Of a stretch of DNA of 64,000 nucleotides, positions 13,743 through 26,880 are shown piece by piece. The stretch is from the NCBI GenBank assembly GCA_030141605.1, contig JAQGDQ010000044.1, positions 744,001 to 808,000 of the forward strand, written 5' to 3'. Both the position numbers and the translations under genes were made by a program. A model generated the notes under the pieces. That model had not been told where the DNA came from, did no database searches, and worked only from the letters and a program-made list of their open reading frames with translations. The DNA comes from Tubiluchus corallicola (taxonomy: Eukaryota > Animalia > Priapulida). Position 1 is the stretch's first letter. Every line of letters starts with the position of its first letter.

Positions 13743-13897
13743 ACGCCTAGTTTAGAGAAACCATTTGTTACTGCATTAAAGTATTTTAAATTTATACAAT
13801 AAACTTGTTATGGAGCCTTACAGCTGTTAGGTATTTGGACTAGTTGCTTATTATTTGAAATTTTCGTTTTTCATGTACATGTTAAGTGTGTAGAATA

Positions 13898-14380
13898 TTA
13901 AAAAGAATAATCTACGTAATACTTTACACACAAAGCTATGTTGTTTATCGTAACCTGCTTGAGAGACTTACGTAAGTAGAAACGAAAATTCTTACTGTAA
14001 TTTAAAATGCTCGCGCCAACTGGTTAAATGTCACTGACTCACCTTCCCAATGTGCACCACTGACTCACAAAAAACGTATTTTTAGTCTTAGTGTGAAGAT
14101 ACAACAATTTATCTTTTTGCTTAATGGTGAAGTGTGCTCTACGAATGCTCTGACTATTTTTCAAATTCTACGCAATGTTATATAAACTTGTTTCAAACGA
14201 CTTACTGTCAAAATGGCTGCTCTTAACGGTCTCATTGCGGAAGGTTAAATTTACAAGTTTTGCACAGCATTGCTTCTAATACAAGCTGTATGAGTTATAA
14301 GGCAATACGTAGGTGATACAAAATTTCAAAACGAATTTTTTTCACCTTTATAAATGTAATGGTTTTTCTTGTGTTTTAAA
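13898..14380 (+). mobile_element. Dispersed DNA element, family B, copy 2
   Basis: Colinear similarity to 8325-8790; bounded by ttaa at both ends. Confidence 0.7.
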
Positions 14381-14534
14381 TGCACGTTATGCATAAAAGT
14401 AAATGAATGGATTTAGGCCGTAACTTTACGTACCGAGCTACATGTATAGGTTTTTCCTGTAGAAGGCATGCTGGTGTGACACTTTTCTTCTGGTTAAAGC
14501 CGGACATAAATATTCAATTACCTATTTATTTTAA

Positions 14535-15000
14535 TGTCATCTCATCTCATCTCACCTCATCTCATCTCATCGCATCTTCTCTCCTCTCCTCTCATTGCAT
14601 TTCGTCTCACCTCACCTCACCTCAACTCAACTCACCTCATCTCATCTCAATTTACCTCACTTCATCTCATTTCATCTCATCTGATCTCAACTGATCTCAT
14701 TTCACCTCACCTCATTTCATCTCATCTCATTCCATCTCAACTGATCTCATTTCACCTCACCTCATTTCATCTCATCTCATTCCATCTCAACTGATCTCAT
14801 TTCACCTCACCTCACCTCATCTCATTTTATCTCATCTCACCTCATCTCAACTCATTTCACTTCACCTCACTTCACCTCACTTCATCTCATCTCATCTCAT
14901 CTCATTTCACCTCACCTCACCTCACCTCATCTCATCTCATCTCATCTCATCTCATTTCGTCCCACCTCACCTCACCTCATCTCATCTTGTCTTACCTCAA
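14535..15000. repeat. (CTCAT/CTCAC)n pentanucleotide microsatellite
   Basis: Direct read. Confidence 0.95.
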
Positions 15001-15773
15001 TAGATTTTTTGTACAACGTGTCATAATACATACACACATTAAGCAATATAAATTTATATATATAAGCAGAATTAATCAACAAAGAAATATTTTAAAACTT
15101 GCTGTTTTGAATTAAATTGGCTCAGAGTCATTATTGCACTGCGTGGTCTCTGTAAGGAATTAGAGGGGTTTCTGCGGTTCCGTGGATATGCGCATTCATA
15201 CATATGCAAATTTTGTGATGAAAACTGAGAGTCTTTGCGGACTATTGCGAGCGCAGTGGATACGCACCCTAAGTTATGCTGATATTATCCTTGAATTATT
15301 GGGCCGCATTAAACAGGAAGGCTTGTCCACATCACGACATGATTGATCAAGATTATTGACCAAGATTATCATTTTCACAACACTGAAATTACACGGAGCG
15401 TGAAACCCTTTGAAATCGAGCAACAATACAGCTCCTATCACGCACGGTAATAATTAAAGTGGGAGAGAAGAAATTGGATGAAACATCTCAAACTTCCATC
15501 AAGAAAAGTTGAGCATTTCGTCCTTGAGTCTTGTCAGGTGGTTATTAATCTTCCTGAGCTGATCTCAGTCACAAAAGTGCAATGACAAAATATAGCAATC
15601 ATTCTGCAAGCGACACCCACACAGTGGTGGATTTAGGACAGGGCCACTGGGGTTGCTGCTCCGGGGCTTCCACGTAAGAGGGTCCTCCATAATGTGCATA
15701 TAATCAAGTTCATTTACTACACATTGTTGACTTTAATTAACTAAATTTATGATAAAACAATAATAACAATCAT

Positions 15774-15956
15774 GACTGACTGACTAGCTGGCTGGCTGGC
15801 TGACTGTCTGACTGACAGACTAACTGACTGACTGACTCATTGACTCACTCACTCACTGATTTGATTTAACTATTTATTTCGAACTGACTGACTGACGGAC
15901 TGCCTGCCTGCCTGACTTACTGATTGACTAACTAACTAAATGAATGAATGAATGAC
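15774..15956. repeat. (GACT)n-type tetranucleotide microsatellite
   Basis: Direct read. Confidence 0.9.
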
Positions 15957-18499
15957 TTTTTGGATATTTACACATTTTACTTACTTTCTTAGACTTAAGT
16001 TAATCAGCCATTAGCGATATGTCATCAAAGGATTCAAAATTGCTAAAAAATACAATAAAGAGGCGTTTGGCGGACTGTGCTATGAGAGCTTACATCACTC
16101 ACCCAGATGCTCTATAACCGGTTGCTCTGGGACGCCTACATTTCTTAATTCAATCTGTGCTCACGAGACGCTAACCAACACCTTACAGAGACAATTTGGG
16201 ATACCTATTTTTGCATAACGCCGTGACTGACCTAATGTACAAACTATCGATAATTTGCAGCCATTTTAAACATTAAGGTGCGTCTTAAATACGATAAATA
16301 ATTCAAAGATGCATTCATCTTAAACCGCCACCTCCAAATAGTGCACATATTAGAATTAGAATTTCGTGAAGATACAATTGCACTTACTTCTGCTTCCATA
16401 CACTGCGTGGTCATCTAGAATCTCATTGACTTAACACGATGGGTAGATGATAAAAGATATATGTTCGTCCACAAATGCACGTTCTTTACATTTAGCACAT
16501 GGCTTCATCAGCATTCTTAACTTCTACTTCAACTAGGTAGCGAAAATGCGATTGGTTGACATTATTAAAGGAATCATGATAGTGAGGTAACTTTTTATTT
16601 GCATGTCTATTAAACTTCGTTCATTAGAAAAACAAATAACCGTTCACAAATACAAATATTATCGATGTATAAACGTTATTTGTACACAGTCCATCTTGGC
16701 GCGAGTGAATCATGAGAGTACGCTGCACAAAATTACTTGCCTCTGTCGTGGGATAAACTTGTTTCAAAATTGAAGCCAAGTCAAGCTTAACCGGCTTATC
16801 ACTTGCACTGCCTATTGGTCGCCACTAGTTAAAGTTGAGTAAACAAACACAAGTTTATAATGTCAGCTAAAACTTTCAGTATGGAGGAAGTTTTTATTCA
16901 ACAAAAAAACGATTAGCATGTAACAGAAATTATTTAGGACAAGTGTACAGCTGAAAATGTATGTATTATGCGAACATCGGATAATTCGTACAAGCGCATC
17001 GTTCGTATTAACCGAAGTTATGCTTGTGCCGCCATAGTCTTTAATTACAGCTTGCATTTCGTGCAGATTTGCTTTTTTGGATACTGCATGTTGTTTCTGA
17101 TGTGTCATCACGATTGTTTATCATATTACAAAAGTTGCTAAACAAGCGCCACCTTGCTGTAACCTTGGGTGTTACGTAAACTTAGCACATAGAAAATTCA
17201 GCGCACAAAGGGTTAGAATGACAATGGATGTTAAAACGACACCCAATTAGCGTGACACTTGAGACCCAAAACTCAATTACCTGCAGACTAAGTTCAAGTG
17301 ACAACTCTCAATTAACAGAGGATGTTTTTAACTTAGAAACGTTTTTTAAAGCTTTTGTTCTGAAATATCTAACACTCTGAGGAGATTTTGTCAGACAATA
17401 ATATCAGTAATTCGATGAACAGATAATAAATTTACACTACTGGATGTTGTCTTAATTTACTTTGGCAAAATTTGGCTGTGCACCACAGAGTCCTGTGACA
17501 GTGGAAGCTATTACAGCGGTCTCCTCCAGAAAGGAGAGGAGCGTCATTTCCAGTGAGGGACTTCTCTTATACGAGCATCATAAAGAACATCATTAAAGAA
17601 AGCAAGCTGTGCTTCAATAAAAACAAACTTTATTAAGAAGACTTGGTCAGAAGTTAGATGCTCAGGTTCGCTTATTTTCGTTTTCTACTCCCGCCCTAGA
17701 ATCTCTCTTGAATAAGTCCATTTATTTACAGCTGTGCTGCAAGACTTACCAGCTGAAAAATCAGAAATCACCAAGACAACATGGTGATTGTGGAAAGTGC
17801 TATTTTTGGTGAGATGCGCTCCATGCATGGAGGTTAGTGAGACATAGGATGTTTGTAAGAATTAAAAGCGTCTGTAGAACATGTGTTTATCAGTAAGAGA
17901 TTGCCACTTCATTTTCTGTATACATAATAACACCAAAATTATGTGTTTATTTATATTTACGTAATACAAATTACAGTGATAAAATAATTTCTCAGTTACT
18001 AAAGTAAATTATGCATGCAAACTACAGACGATATTACGATAAATAAAAAGTTAAAACTGGCTGAAATATATGGTGAAATGTGCCAATATCGTACACGTCG
18101 GACAATTCGTTTTAGGCTTTTACAGAATATAACAAGATAGTATAGACACTCTTTTTCCTTCCTTCCTTTTCCACCCTTTCATTAGTAAAAGAGAAGAAAA
18201 ACAGAGTTTATTCCACTTTGTTATTTTTGGTACAACCTTGAAGCTCACTGTTCGATATTAGCCCAATATTTTACCCAATATAATTTTATAAAGCATTAAA
18301 ACGATTCTGCATTAAATTACGGTAAGATTAAACAAAGAATAAAAAGAAAATGTGTCTCAAATGTGAGCCCTTTCTTTAGGCCGTCCCTAGCAGAAGTGAA
18401 TGCTTGACTGAGATTCATTTATTTACACTCTATGAATGAATGTCTTTGTGCACGAGTTACAGGAAGCTGTAACTCGTTAAAACGTAAAACGTTAAAAAT

Positions 18500-19421
18500 G
18501 AAAACTTTAGAAAACTAAATACAATGCAAAACTACGCACTTAGATTAATTCATGGCTCCTCTAACAAAACTGCTAAACAACATGCTGCTTCTGCAACAAG
18601 CTTAAGAGCGTCCGCAAAAATACCAATATCAGAAGCCTATCGAGATTACAAAACACTGATATTTCTTTATAAATATATCAATAAACTGAGCATTCCATTT
18701 ATAAACAATCCCTTAGCATTCATTCCTGATACCACTTTAAACAATAGAACACACAATTTAAAGCAAATTACAGTAAACAATAAATTTGGAAATAACTCTA
18801 TATCAAAACAGGCCATACATTTATGGAACTTACTACTCAGTGACATAAAACTAATAGAATCTCTCCACCAATTTAAAAAGAAATTAAAAGAATATCAATA
18901 TAACAGGTGTCAAGTTCCACATTGTGCATCTGATACTAATTACACAGACTCAACTTTCATCTACCCCCGCCCCTGACTCCATAAAACGATTAAAAAAGTA
19001 AAATTTTTAAAAAATTATGTAATGTAATACGTGTTACGTCAGTTTTGTAATGTCAAATGTAAAAATAGTGAAAGTAATGAGTTAACATTAACAAAATGTA
19101 ATGAGTGAAATTTATGTAATGTAAAGCATGTTTCTGTTGTGTCATGAAAAATGTATATATGTGTAAAATATGTCATGTAAAATTTAATGTACTTTTGTAA
19201 TATTGTTTTGTAAAAATATTTTAATATTGTGTTTGTAAATATGTTCATTTATTGCATATAATTAGGCCTTAGTTTTGCACTTTAGTTTTTTTTTTAGTCT
19301 GCACTGGACGCATTTGTCTTGAACAGTGTTGTTATTTTAACATTACGCTGAGGATTACTCAATTTTATTATAATGAGTGAGCCATTTTAATGACAAATAA
19401 AGAATTAATATATATATATAT
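18500..19421 (+). mobile_element. 5'-truncated L2/Crack/CR1-group LINE: ORF2 C-terminus, 3'UTR and (AT)n tail
   Basis: QNYALRLI...LIFLYKYIN...NKFGNNSISKQAIHLWNLL.SDIK..ESLHQFKKKLKEY is a typical RT-LINE C-terminus. An AT-rich UTR ends aaataaagaattaatatatata, and its last ~100 bp recur at 53140-53270. Confidence 0.8.
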
Positions 19422-20511
19422 AAGCCATGTGATTTTGGCAATTGTTTTGTTGGAGAAAAATGTTACAAATAATCCGCTTTACGTTCATTTTCTGGTAATC
19501 TCTAATAATAGCCTAGGACGCCAAAGTTTGAGGAGCGTCACGTTTTAGACAAAATTCTTATTCTCCTCGGAAAATGTGCATACTTTCATATTCATGTAAA
19601 CGGCGCATGTTATAACACACCACAGGCAGTTACTCATCTCCCCTTCTATATATGTACCACATAACAAACAGATGCAAGGTATTACACAACAAACAGTTGC
19701 GCAATTGCACGAATATAAACGCTGTGCAAATACACATAAATAAGAATGATCACGTAGAAACTAGGTTAATAGTGTTTCTAATACACCACAAGTAATTGTT
19801 TAATCTGCTCATTGCATTAACAGCCACAAATTCACAATAGAGATGGGCAGCACAGAACTAGGGCGTCGCAAAGTCTTGATACGCCCCTGCTAATAGCGCA
19901 GGTACTCAACGAAAAAAGTAGTTACTAGAATAGCAATCTCATGTAAATTATAGAGACATATAAAAACATGCGATAAACTGATTTGAGGAAAGCAGGAATA
20001 ATGGTGATCTTGTCATGGAACTTGGGATATATAAGAACGCTAACGCTGTTGTTTGAAATTTCCTTAATGTCTGCTGTTCGTGTAACACTGGCGTGGCTCT
20101 TTGATATCGATTATTTGCAAGTTACCACATGGACGTGGATCGTCTTGTGTTTTTGTTTGCGGAGTTTTTTTTTGTTTGCTTGCTTCAAATTTTTGCTCAC
20201 TGTTTGTAAGTTGGTTTTCTTAACTCAAATAGCAAATGCTCGTGGCCCAGAACGTTTAAAAAATTTTATGTGAAAAACTACAAAACCAAACGCCAAAAAA
20301 ATGTTTCACGTATTAAATAACTTGTAAATGTGTTTGGGCAACATTCCGGGGATTTTTCCTTGCACAAGTAAGATGCTGGAAAGCAAACACAAGTATACGT
20401 AGATGATTTTAAGTTATTTTCATTAATGGAAATGCGTTCTGCAGGCTTTGCTATTTATTACATGCAGAAATGGGATGTTTTGTGTGTCAGTGCAAAACCA
20501 GAGACCTCTCT

Positions 20512-21080
20512 GTTGATGTTGTTGTTGTTGGCATTTTTCTGTCTCGGAAGACAATGGAGTGTGCGCTAAGAGAGTCAGTTATTGATCACATTGATGGAGC
20601 TGCAGCGTCGACTGTGGCTGAGCAGTCCGATCCTTGAACCACTGGAGTGGCTTCTCCAGGGCGCACGCCTGGGTAAGGTGTATGGAGATCCTGAGTTGCC
20701 CAGACAACAGGAACCCCTCTCTTCCTCCCTGGTGTAGTGCAGAGAAAGCAGAGCGATACGTTTAGTACTAGGTTGACTGCAGGAGGTGCCGGAGTCAGTG
20801 AGCATGCTGCATTGGTCCGCCTTCGGGGCTCCACTCCTGATTTGGAAGGTTTACTCCTCTACACATGGCCGTTGGGTCTCTTGACCTCCTCCGCCCTCTA
20901 ACCGTTGGCTGCTTGTGCAGCTCCTCCGCCTAGTGTCGAGATACAGTGTGCGCATCCCGCAAGCCTACAGCACCTGATATTCCTAGGCGGTCACCTATCC
21001 AAGTACTAACCAGGCTCTACGTTGTTTAACTTCGGTGATCAGACGAGAACCGGTGTTTTCAACGTGATTTCGCCGTAGTC
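20512..21080 (-). mobile_element. 5S rRNA-derived SINE (SINE3-type) with RTE-like bipartite body and (CAA)n tail
   Basis: 5S head (21080-20961) runs without an oligo-T terminator into a ~430-bp GC-rich body. The 3' end reads ...ctccattgtcttccgagacagaaaaatgcc(aac)n. Flanking 12-bp direct repeat agagacctctct (20500-20511) / agagatctctct (21093-21104). Confidence 0.8.
20961..21080 (-). pseudogene. Full-length (120 nt) 5S rRNA-derived sequence (SINE head, not a canonical 5S gene)
   Basis: gactacggcgaaatcacgttgaaaacaccggttctcgtctgatcaccgaagttaaacaacgtagagcctggttagtacttggataggtgaccgcctaggaatatcaggtgctgtaggctt closely follows invertebrate 5S, with scattered substitutions. Single copy with no T-run terminator. 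Confidence 0.9.
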
Positions 21081-22955
21081 ACAGAGACATATAGAGATCT
21101 CTCTATTTCCGTAGCAAAACGTTTGTTTCTGCGGCAAAACTGTGTGCTAGCCATCTATCGTAAATGTCGAATGAAAATAAAATATTTTTTATGATTTGTT
21201 TCTGTTTTTAAAATTTTCTTCATTTTTCAAACTTTTATAGTCATTTAAAGACTTTACAAGCAAGATTCGATACATTCGAAACGCAGCGTTCAATTTTGTA
21301 AAGGTTAATTGGGCCCTGTAAAGCTATTTGACTTGCAGTGTGTCCACCTCCAGGGAAATTCCTCAGATTGAGATGACATTGACTGAACTAGTCCTATTCG
21401 AAATACAGCTACAGGCTGGCCTGTGATTAGATATGGACACAGGCTATTGTTTCATAGAAATGGCTTCTATTTCGCTCTAAGACGAGTCAATAATTTGAAA
21501 TGAAAAGGCGAGTTTTGCGCCCTAAAGCACAAGTGGGCTTTCAAATTTTATCTCTGCATCCACTCACCGCCCCCTTGTAATTTCAGTAACTCCCTCTTGA
21601 GTGAGGCGGGATGTCATTTGGATGAGTAATCCTTGACATTCTTACATGAAGTTGCCTCAATTAAATCACCCGTATGTGGAAACTGTACACAAATCCAAGA
21701 CATATACATACTGCCTACTAAAATTAAACGGCTACCTGTATGTAATTAAGTGATCGTCTGCAATTAATTTGTCCACGTTTAATTGCTGACAATCAAGTAA
21801 TACTCTTACGCTCACGTGTAAAGGGTTCACCAAATAATAGGCGACCTCGTACCGGAAAAGACCGTAATAGATTAAAGCCGACAAAACCATGAAAAGAATC
21901 ACTTAATTCTGAATAAAGAACGTGCACTTGTTTTAATAACCTATATTGTCGCCATTCGTAGCTCTGGTGGCGACTAATCGACGTCGGGTACACAGTCACC
22001 GGAATTTCTCAATGAGACTGCTGTTATGACTCATTTCCTCAGCAACTTTGTTGAATTTGTTATTTCTGAGGATAAAAAGTAGGATAAAATTTAGAAAATA
22101 GATTACAATATTAGAAAAAACACCGAAACATTTATATTATATCTACTTCTAGTTCTAGTAACTTCTGTGCCTAGTGCGTTCAACGTTTCTTGCCCATACC
22201 AGTACTTTCAACAATTTAATTCAATTCTTCTTTGTTTCTGTAAAAGAAATTGCACACAGAGACCCATAGAGAAATTACTGTGGTAAGACTACAGAAACCC
22301 ACAAGTTGTTCATATATTTAAGACGTCAGCAAAAATTCAGCCACTGTATGCAGTGATATCTCTCTCACTTAATTTTAACGATGGTGAATACAGGTAATTT
22401 CATTACAATTTCTATACAAACTAAAAACTGTGAAAGTAAAGAAAACCGGGAAACTGTCATTTGCTCGCAGGACACGTGTCTAATGCGAGTAACGAAATGT
22501 GAAGCATTGTTAGTGATGCTTAGTTAGGCTCATTCAGCTTGACAACAGGAGTTGCGTTGTTTCGTGAGCAAATAAATCCAATTTAGAGGCACTAGAAAGG
22601 TCGTTGAAGTCAATCGTCCATCGTGTTTCATGACCATTGTCAGGCTGCCTACTTTAATGCCGTTTTCATTTCATGTCAATCTTTAATGTCGTAGAAATTT
22701 TTACGGCATCTCAAAAAAAAACTTGAGAACATTTTACTAACATCTTAAGAAACTGAAGAGTTTCTATTAACTCATCGTAAATGATTTTCGTAACTCATCA
22801 TAAATAAATAAAATTGCAAGGATGTTTACTGGAGAAAGTGATTCGTTTTTGCACCTTCACGGGTCGTACAAATGTGCAAAAATTAAGTAGCTATTTAACC
22901 ATAAATATTTGTGATCAATTTAATTAAGAAAAAAAAACAAGCGAAAACTAGTTAA

Positions 22956-23559
22956 AGGAAAACAGGATGATTTTTCACATGCCGCCCTATATTTATAAGT
23001 ATACAGCAAAAAGTATACCGCATACATTTTAGCATCTATAATAATGCTAAAGTGTTTGTGATAATAAAATAATAGTTTAAAAACTTAACTGACGGCTGGA
23101 GATACCAGCAAGCGATGACGTCAGAACTGAACACAGTTTTGTAACAGCCAAACATTCAACGAGCTTGATGCAAGTGTTTGCAAAAAACAGAAATGGAAGT
23201 ATAATGCTACTGTACAACATTGACTGTGGTACACAAAAAACTTGTCGAATTTATGTTTAAAACTTTAAAACTTAAAACCGCCGTGTTGTCATGCTATTTC
23301 ACCAAAAAAAGGTAATACGTCAGAACTGAACAGAGACGTACAGTGCTTGTTTTTTATGCAATGTGTTTTCGAGATGCAGATACTATGTCTATTTAACTAC
23401 TGTAGCTAATGGCGCATGAACACCGAGCGCACGCAAAATTAAACTTTGGTGGTAATAATTCTTTTACGTAAGTCACATAAAAAAACAATTATGTGCACTT
23501 TTAATATTTTACACATTAGATTACTTTTAGCTATAGCTTAAGATTGGGTCCTGTCCCCT
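22956..23559 (+). mobile_element. Non-autonomous TTAA element, family A, full-length copy
   Basis: TTAA|aggaaaacagga ... gattgggtcctgtcccct|TTAA. Confidence 0.8.
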
Positions 23560-24029
23560 TTAAGGAAAGAGTTGACAATTCTTTTTTTGTCTCGCTTTAG
23601 TGCACTTAGAAACGAAACTACTCATTCATGCATTAATTTTAATTTTAACCAAATCTAGGCAGAATATTTTTAAGAATAACATACCGCATTGATAAGATAT
23701 TATTTGTTCTTGTTGCCATCTTTGTCGTGGTCGCGGTTGCGACTGCTGCTGCTATTGTTGTTATGTGTTGTTATTTCAAGTAAGCATTCTAGAGAATTCT
23801 CTGCCTTGGGACCAGTATGTGATCTCGCACATTATGTTAATTATGTAGAAATATCTGTAATCACGAACACGAAGCTAATTAATTACCATGCTGTATGTAC
23901 CCAATAGAGCTATATTTATTCTGCATCCTATGTCCATGTATTTTTCAAACAAATTACTGCTTCATGAAATCTTATCATGGATAGTCCTTAAAATCCCTGC
24001 GTAAGTTTCTAAAAATCGATCAGAAGATA

Positions 24030-24160
24030 AGACAGGACAGGACAGGACAGGACAGGATTGGACAGGACATGGCGGGACAGGACAGGACAGGACAGGACAG
24101 GACAGGACAGGACAGGACAGGACAGGGCAGGGCAGGGCAGGGCAGGGCAGGGCAGGGCAA
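24030..24160. repeat. (GACAG)n/(GGCAG)n microsatellite
   Basis: Direct read. Confidence 0.95.
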
Positions 24161-24469
24161 TACAAGATAAGATAAGATCTTTATTTAAATTCGAGCTTAT
24201 CTTCTGATCGAAGAGAACTAAATACATCAAAAACAATGGTGATTATGGTCAGACTGCTCACTCGTGAGAGTACTGTTATTTGGTGTTTCCGTGTGGTTGC
24301 ACAACAATTTTCTTACTAAAATTTTGAAACGTATGTATAGTAGCGTCAGCTTATAGTAGGGGGTGAGCATTCTCTATCAGAAAGCAAAGAAGGAGTTTAC
24401 AATTCCCCACGAAATTTTAAGTACTGTAACCCTAGACCTAACATTGTGTGTGGGGAATTGTAAACTTTA

Positions 24470-24803
24470 GCCCAAGTGCGAATTCGAATCGAATCAAATT
24501 TTTGACTTTCGAAATCGCTCAAACCGAGTTTCAAAATTTCAAATCCAAATCGAACTCGAAAAAATAGTCTCGCAAAGATCACGCATATTGCTTAATTTTG
24601 TACCAAAGCAAAAAAATACTAACAATTTGGGTAAAAATCGTGCACTGAAATAGCAGCTAAATAATGGAGTTTGCATAACGTTTGAAACGGTTTAATCTTA
24701 AGGAACTTTTGTAGTAAAGTGCTGAATTACTCAAATCCAAAATTTTAAGTTCGAATAGAATTTGAATTAAAAAACTCGTTCGAACTGAATTCACCCCAAG
24801 CTT
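24470..24803. mobile_element. Degenerate MITE with ttcgaat subterminal repeats
   Basis: gcgaattcgaatcgaatc at the left and ttcgaactgaattcaccc at the right form decayed inverted ends; no TSD recognised. Confidence 0.45.
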
Positions 24804-25399
24804 ACAGCGGAAAGCACAGAGTGCTGATTACTGTACGACTGGAATTCAGGTTCACATTTACATTTCGTTGTAATAACTATCACATCTGCAACATTTATAT
24901 TCACTGGCGAACTCTACACGATCACCTCTATTCATCATGTTGGTAAACTCTTTACCAATAAGTGGTTTCAGTCAATCGCTCATTAAAACAATTCACATTC
25001 AGAATACACACCGTCTCCATTGATTGAGCCACACGAATGCTTTTTCTAGTCACAAATTTGTAACCAAATTTGCCTTGCGAAGAACTGTGGAATGAAAGAT
25101 GATTCGTTTTGGAAATTTTGTCCATAAATGAAATACACGGAAACGGAAGTATGACCGTGTATTTTCACCGTCATTGTTATTCTACGGCGATGGCACACTA
25201 GGTGACAGCGTCCGACACCGGACATCAAGTTTTGGATTAAACGGAAGTGCCAATCGTCCCCCATTATAGATGACTTGATGGATAAGGCAACCCAGTAAAT
25301 GACTGACTGACAAACTGACTGACTTCTTTAGCTAGGAACTACATGTGTTGCTGAGGGCTGTTCATTCTTTATTTGGTCGACTGCGTAGTTAACAACTGA

Positions 25400-25560
25400 A
25401 TGACGGACTGGTTGACTGGCTGAGTGAGTGAGTGAGTGACTGACTGACTGACTGACTGACTGACTAACTGATTAACTGGCTAGCTAGCTGCTGACTGATT
25501 GACTAGCTGACTGACTGACTGACCGACTAACCGACCGACCGACCGACCGACAGACTGACG
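25400..25560. repeat. (GACT)/(GACC)n microsatellite
   Basis: Direct read. Confidence 0.9.
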
Positions 25561-26161
25561 CGTGAAAAGAAACAAGAATTTATTCTAGCTTATAGAATGT
25601 TTATCATCAAGAATGTTCGATTTCTTCATTGACAGATATCTTCTTATTTTGCTTAGGAATTTTCTGACTCTGCCAGTCTTTTTATTATCTAAAACGAATT
25701 ACATTACTTTTTGCGCGATCCAATTTGCACTGAACTACTTTGCTAAAATATTTACGATATAGAAATATTTTAATCGCAATATAAACTGGAGAGGGAGAAT
25801 ATTTAAACGGTAGAGGACAATATCTTGACTGAGACAAACGTAAACGGCACGCGTCAAAACTTGTTACAAATTTGCAAGCATTAGATGACAAAATTGACAA
25901 ACTGAAATTTATCTGTTATATAACCAGTAGCTACAAGGGTGTCCTTGAAAATGGAAAAACAACAAGTTATACATGGAAGAATTCAATGCTTCAATGTAAT
26001 TGGTTTGTGCCAGACGGTTTAGTTAGTAGTAAGGCGTAATGGTGTAATGGGGTAATAATAATCTCTGTTATGTAGTTGTAGATTGTTATTTACAGTCGGC
26101 CCAAAAGCTCTTTGGAGCTTATGTTAATTGTTGATCCAAAAAGGCGACTTTTTAAATAAAG

Positions 26162-26300
<139 letters not shown>

Positions 26301-26499
26301 ATAATTTCATGCGTTGCAGGTAGAAATTACATTAAAAACATTTTGAACGATCGCTTTTTATTTGTTTCTTCAAAATCTCGACTTTCATACTAAGTCTTCA
26401 CAGGTGACAAACAAATTAGCTCAATGCAAGAGACGTTGTTTTTCTTATATTAGTTTCTAGCAAATGTCTTAGCACAGAAAGTTCTTCGCTGGTACATGC

Positions 26500-26880
26500 A
26501 TTTCGCCATTTGCTAGTTAGATGGACGGAAGCCAATAGCGTCTGCATCTGTGAACACGTTGCAGAAAAAATACAGGCGCCGTATCTCCCGTTTTTAAATT
26601 TATAATTTCCCGAGTTTTTTGTGTATTACACCGAATGTTGCACTGTACTTCAAGTTTCGCTTTTGCAAACATGTGCAACACGCTCATGGAATGTTTGTGC
26701 TGTTGAAAATTATGTTCAATCATGAAATCATCACTAGCTGGGCTTGCCAGTCGTTAATTAACTTTTTAACCTATTATTTAATTGCCAGAAATACTTTTGC
26801 GTAATTATAGGTGCTAAAGCATATATTTACTGCACTTCAAAAAGTGAGGTAGACTGCGAAAAATAATCCTGTTTTCCTTG
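26500..26880 (-). mobile_element. Family A element, truncated inverted copy
   Basis: Contains reverse complements of family A motifs (gcactgtacttcaa, aaaataatcctgttttcctt, ctagttagatggac). Confidence 0.7.

Noticed and set aside
20961-21080. Functional 5S rRNA gene
   Set aside because: Solitary, has substitutions including in box C, has no oligo-T terminator, and is fused to a retroposon body with tail and TSD.
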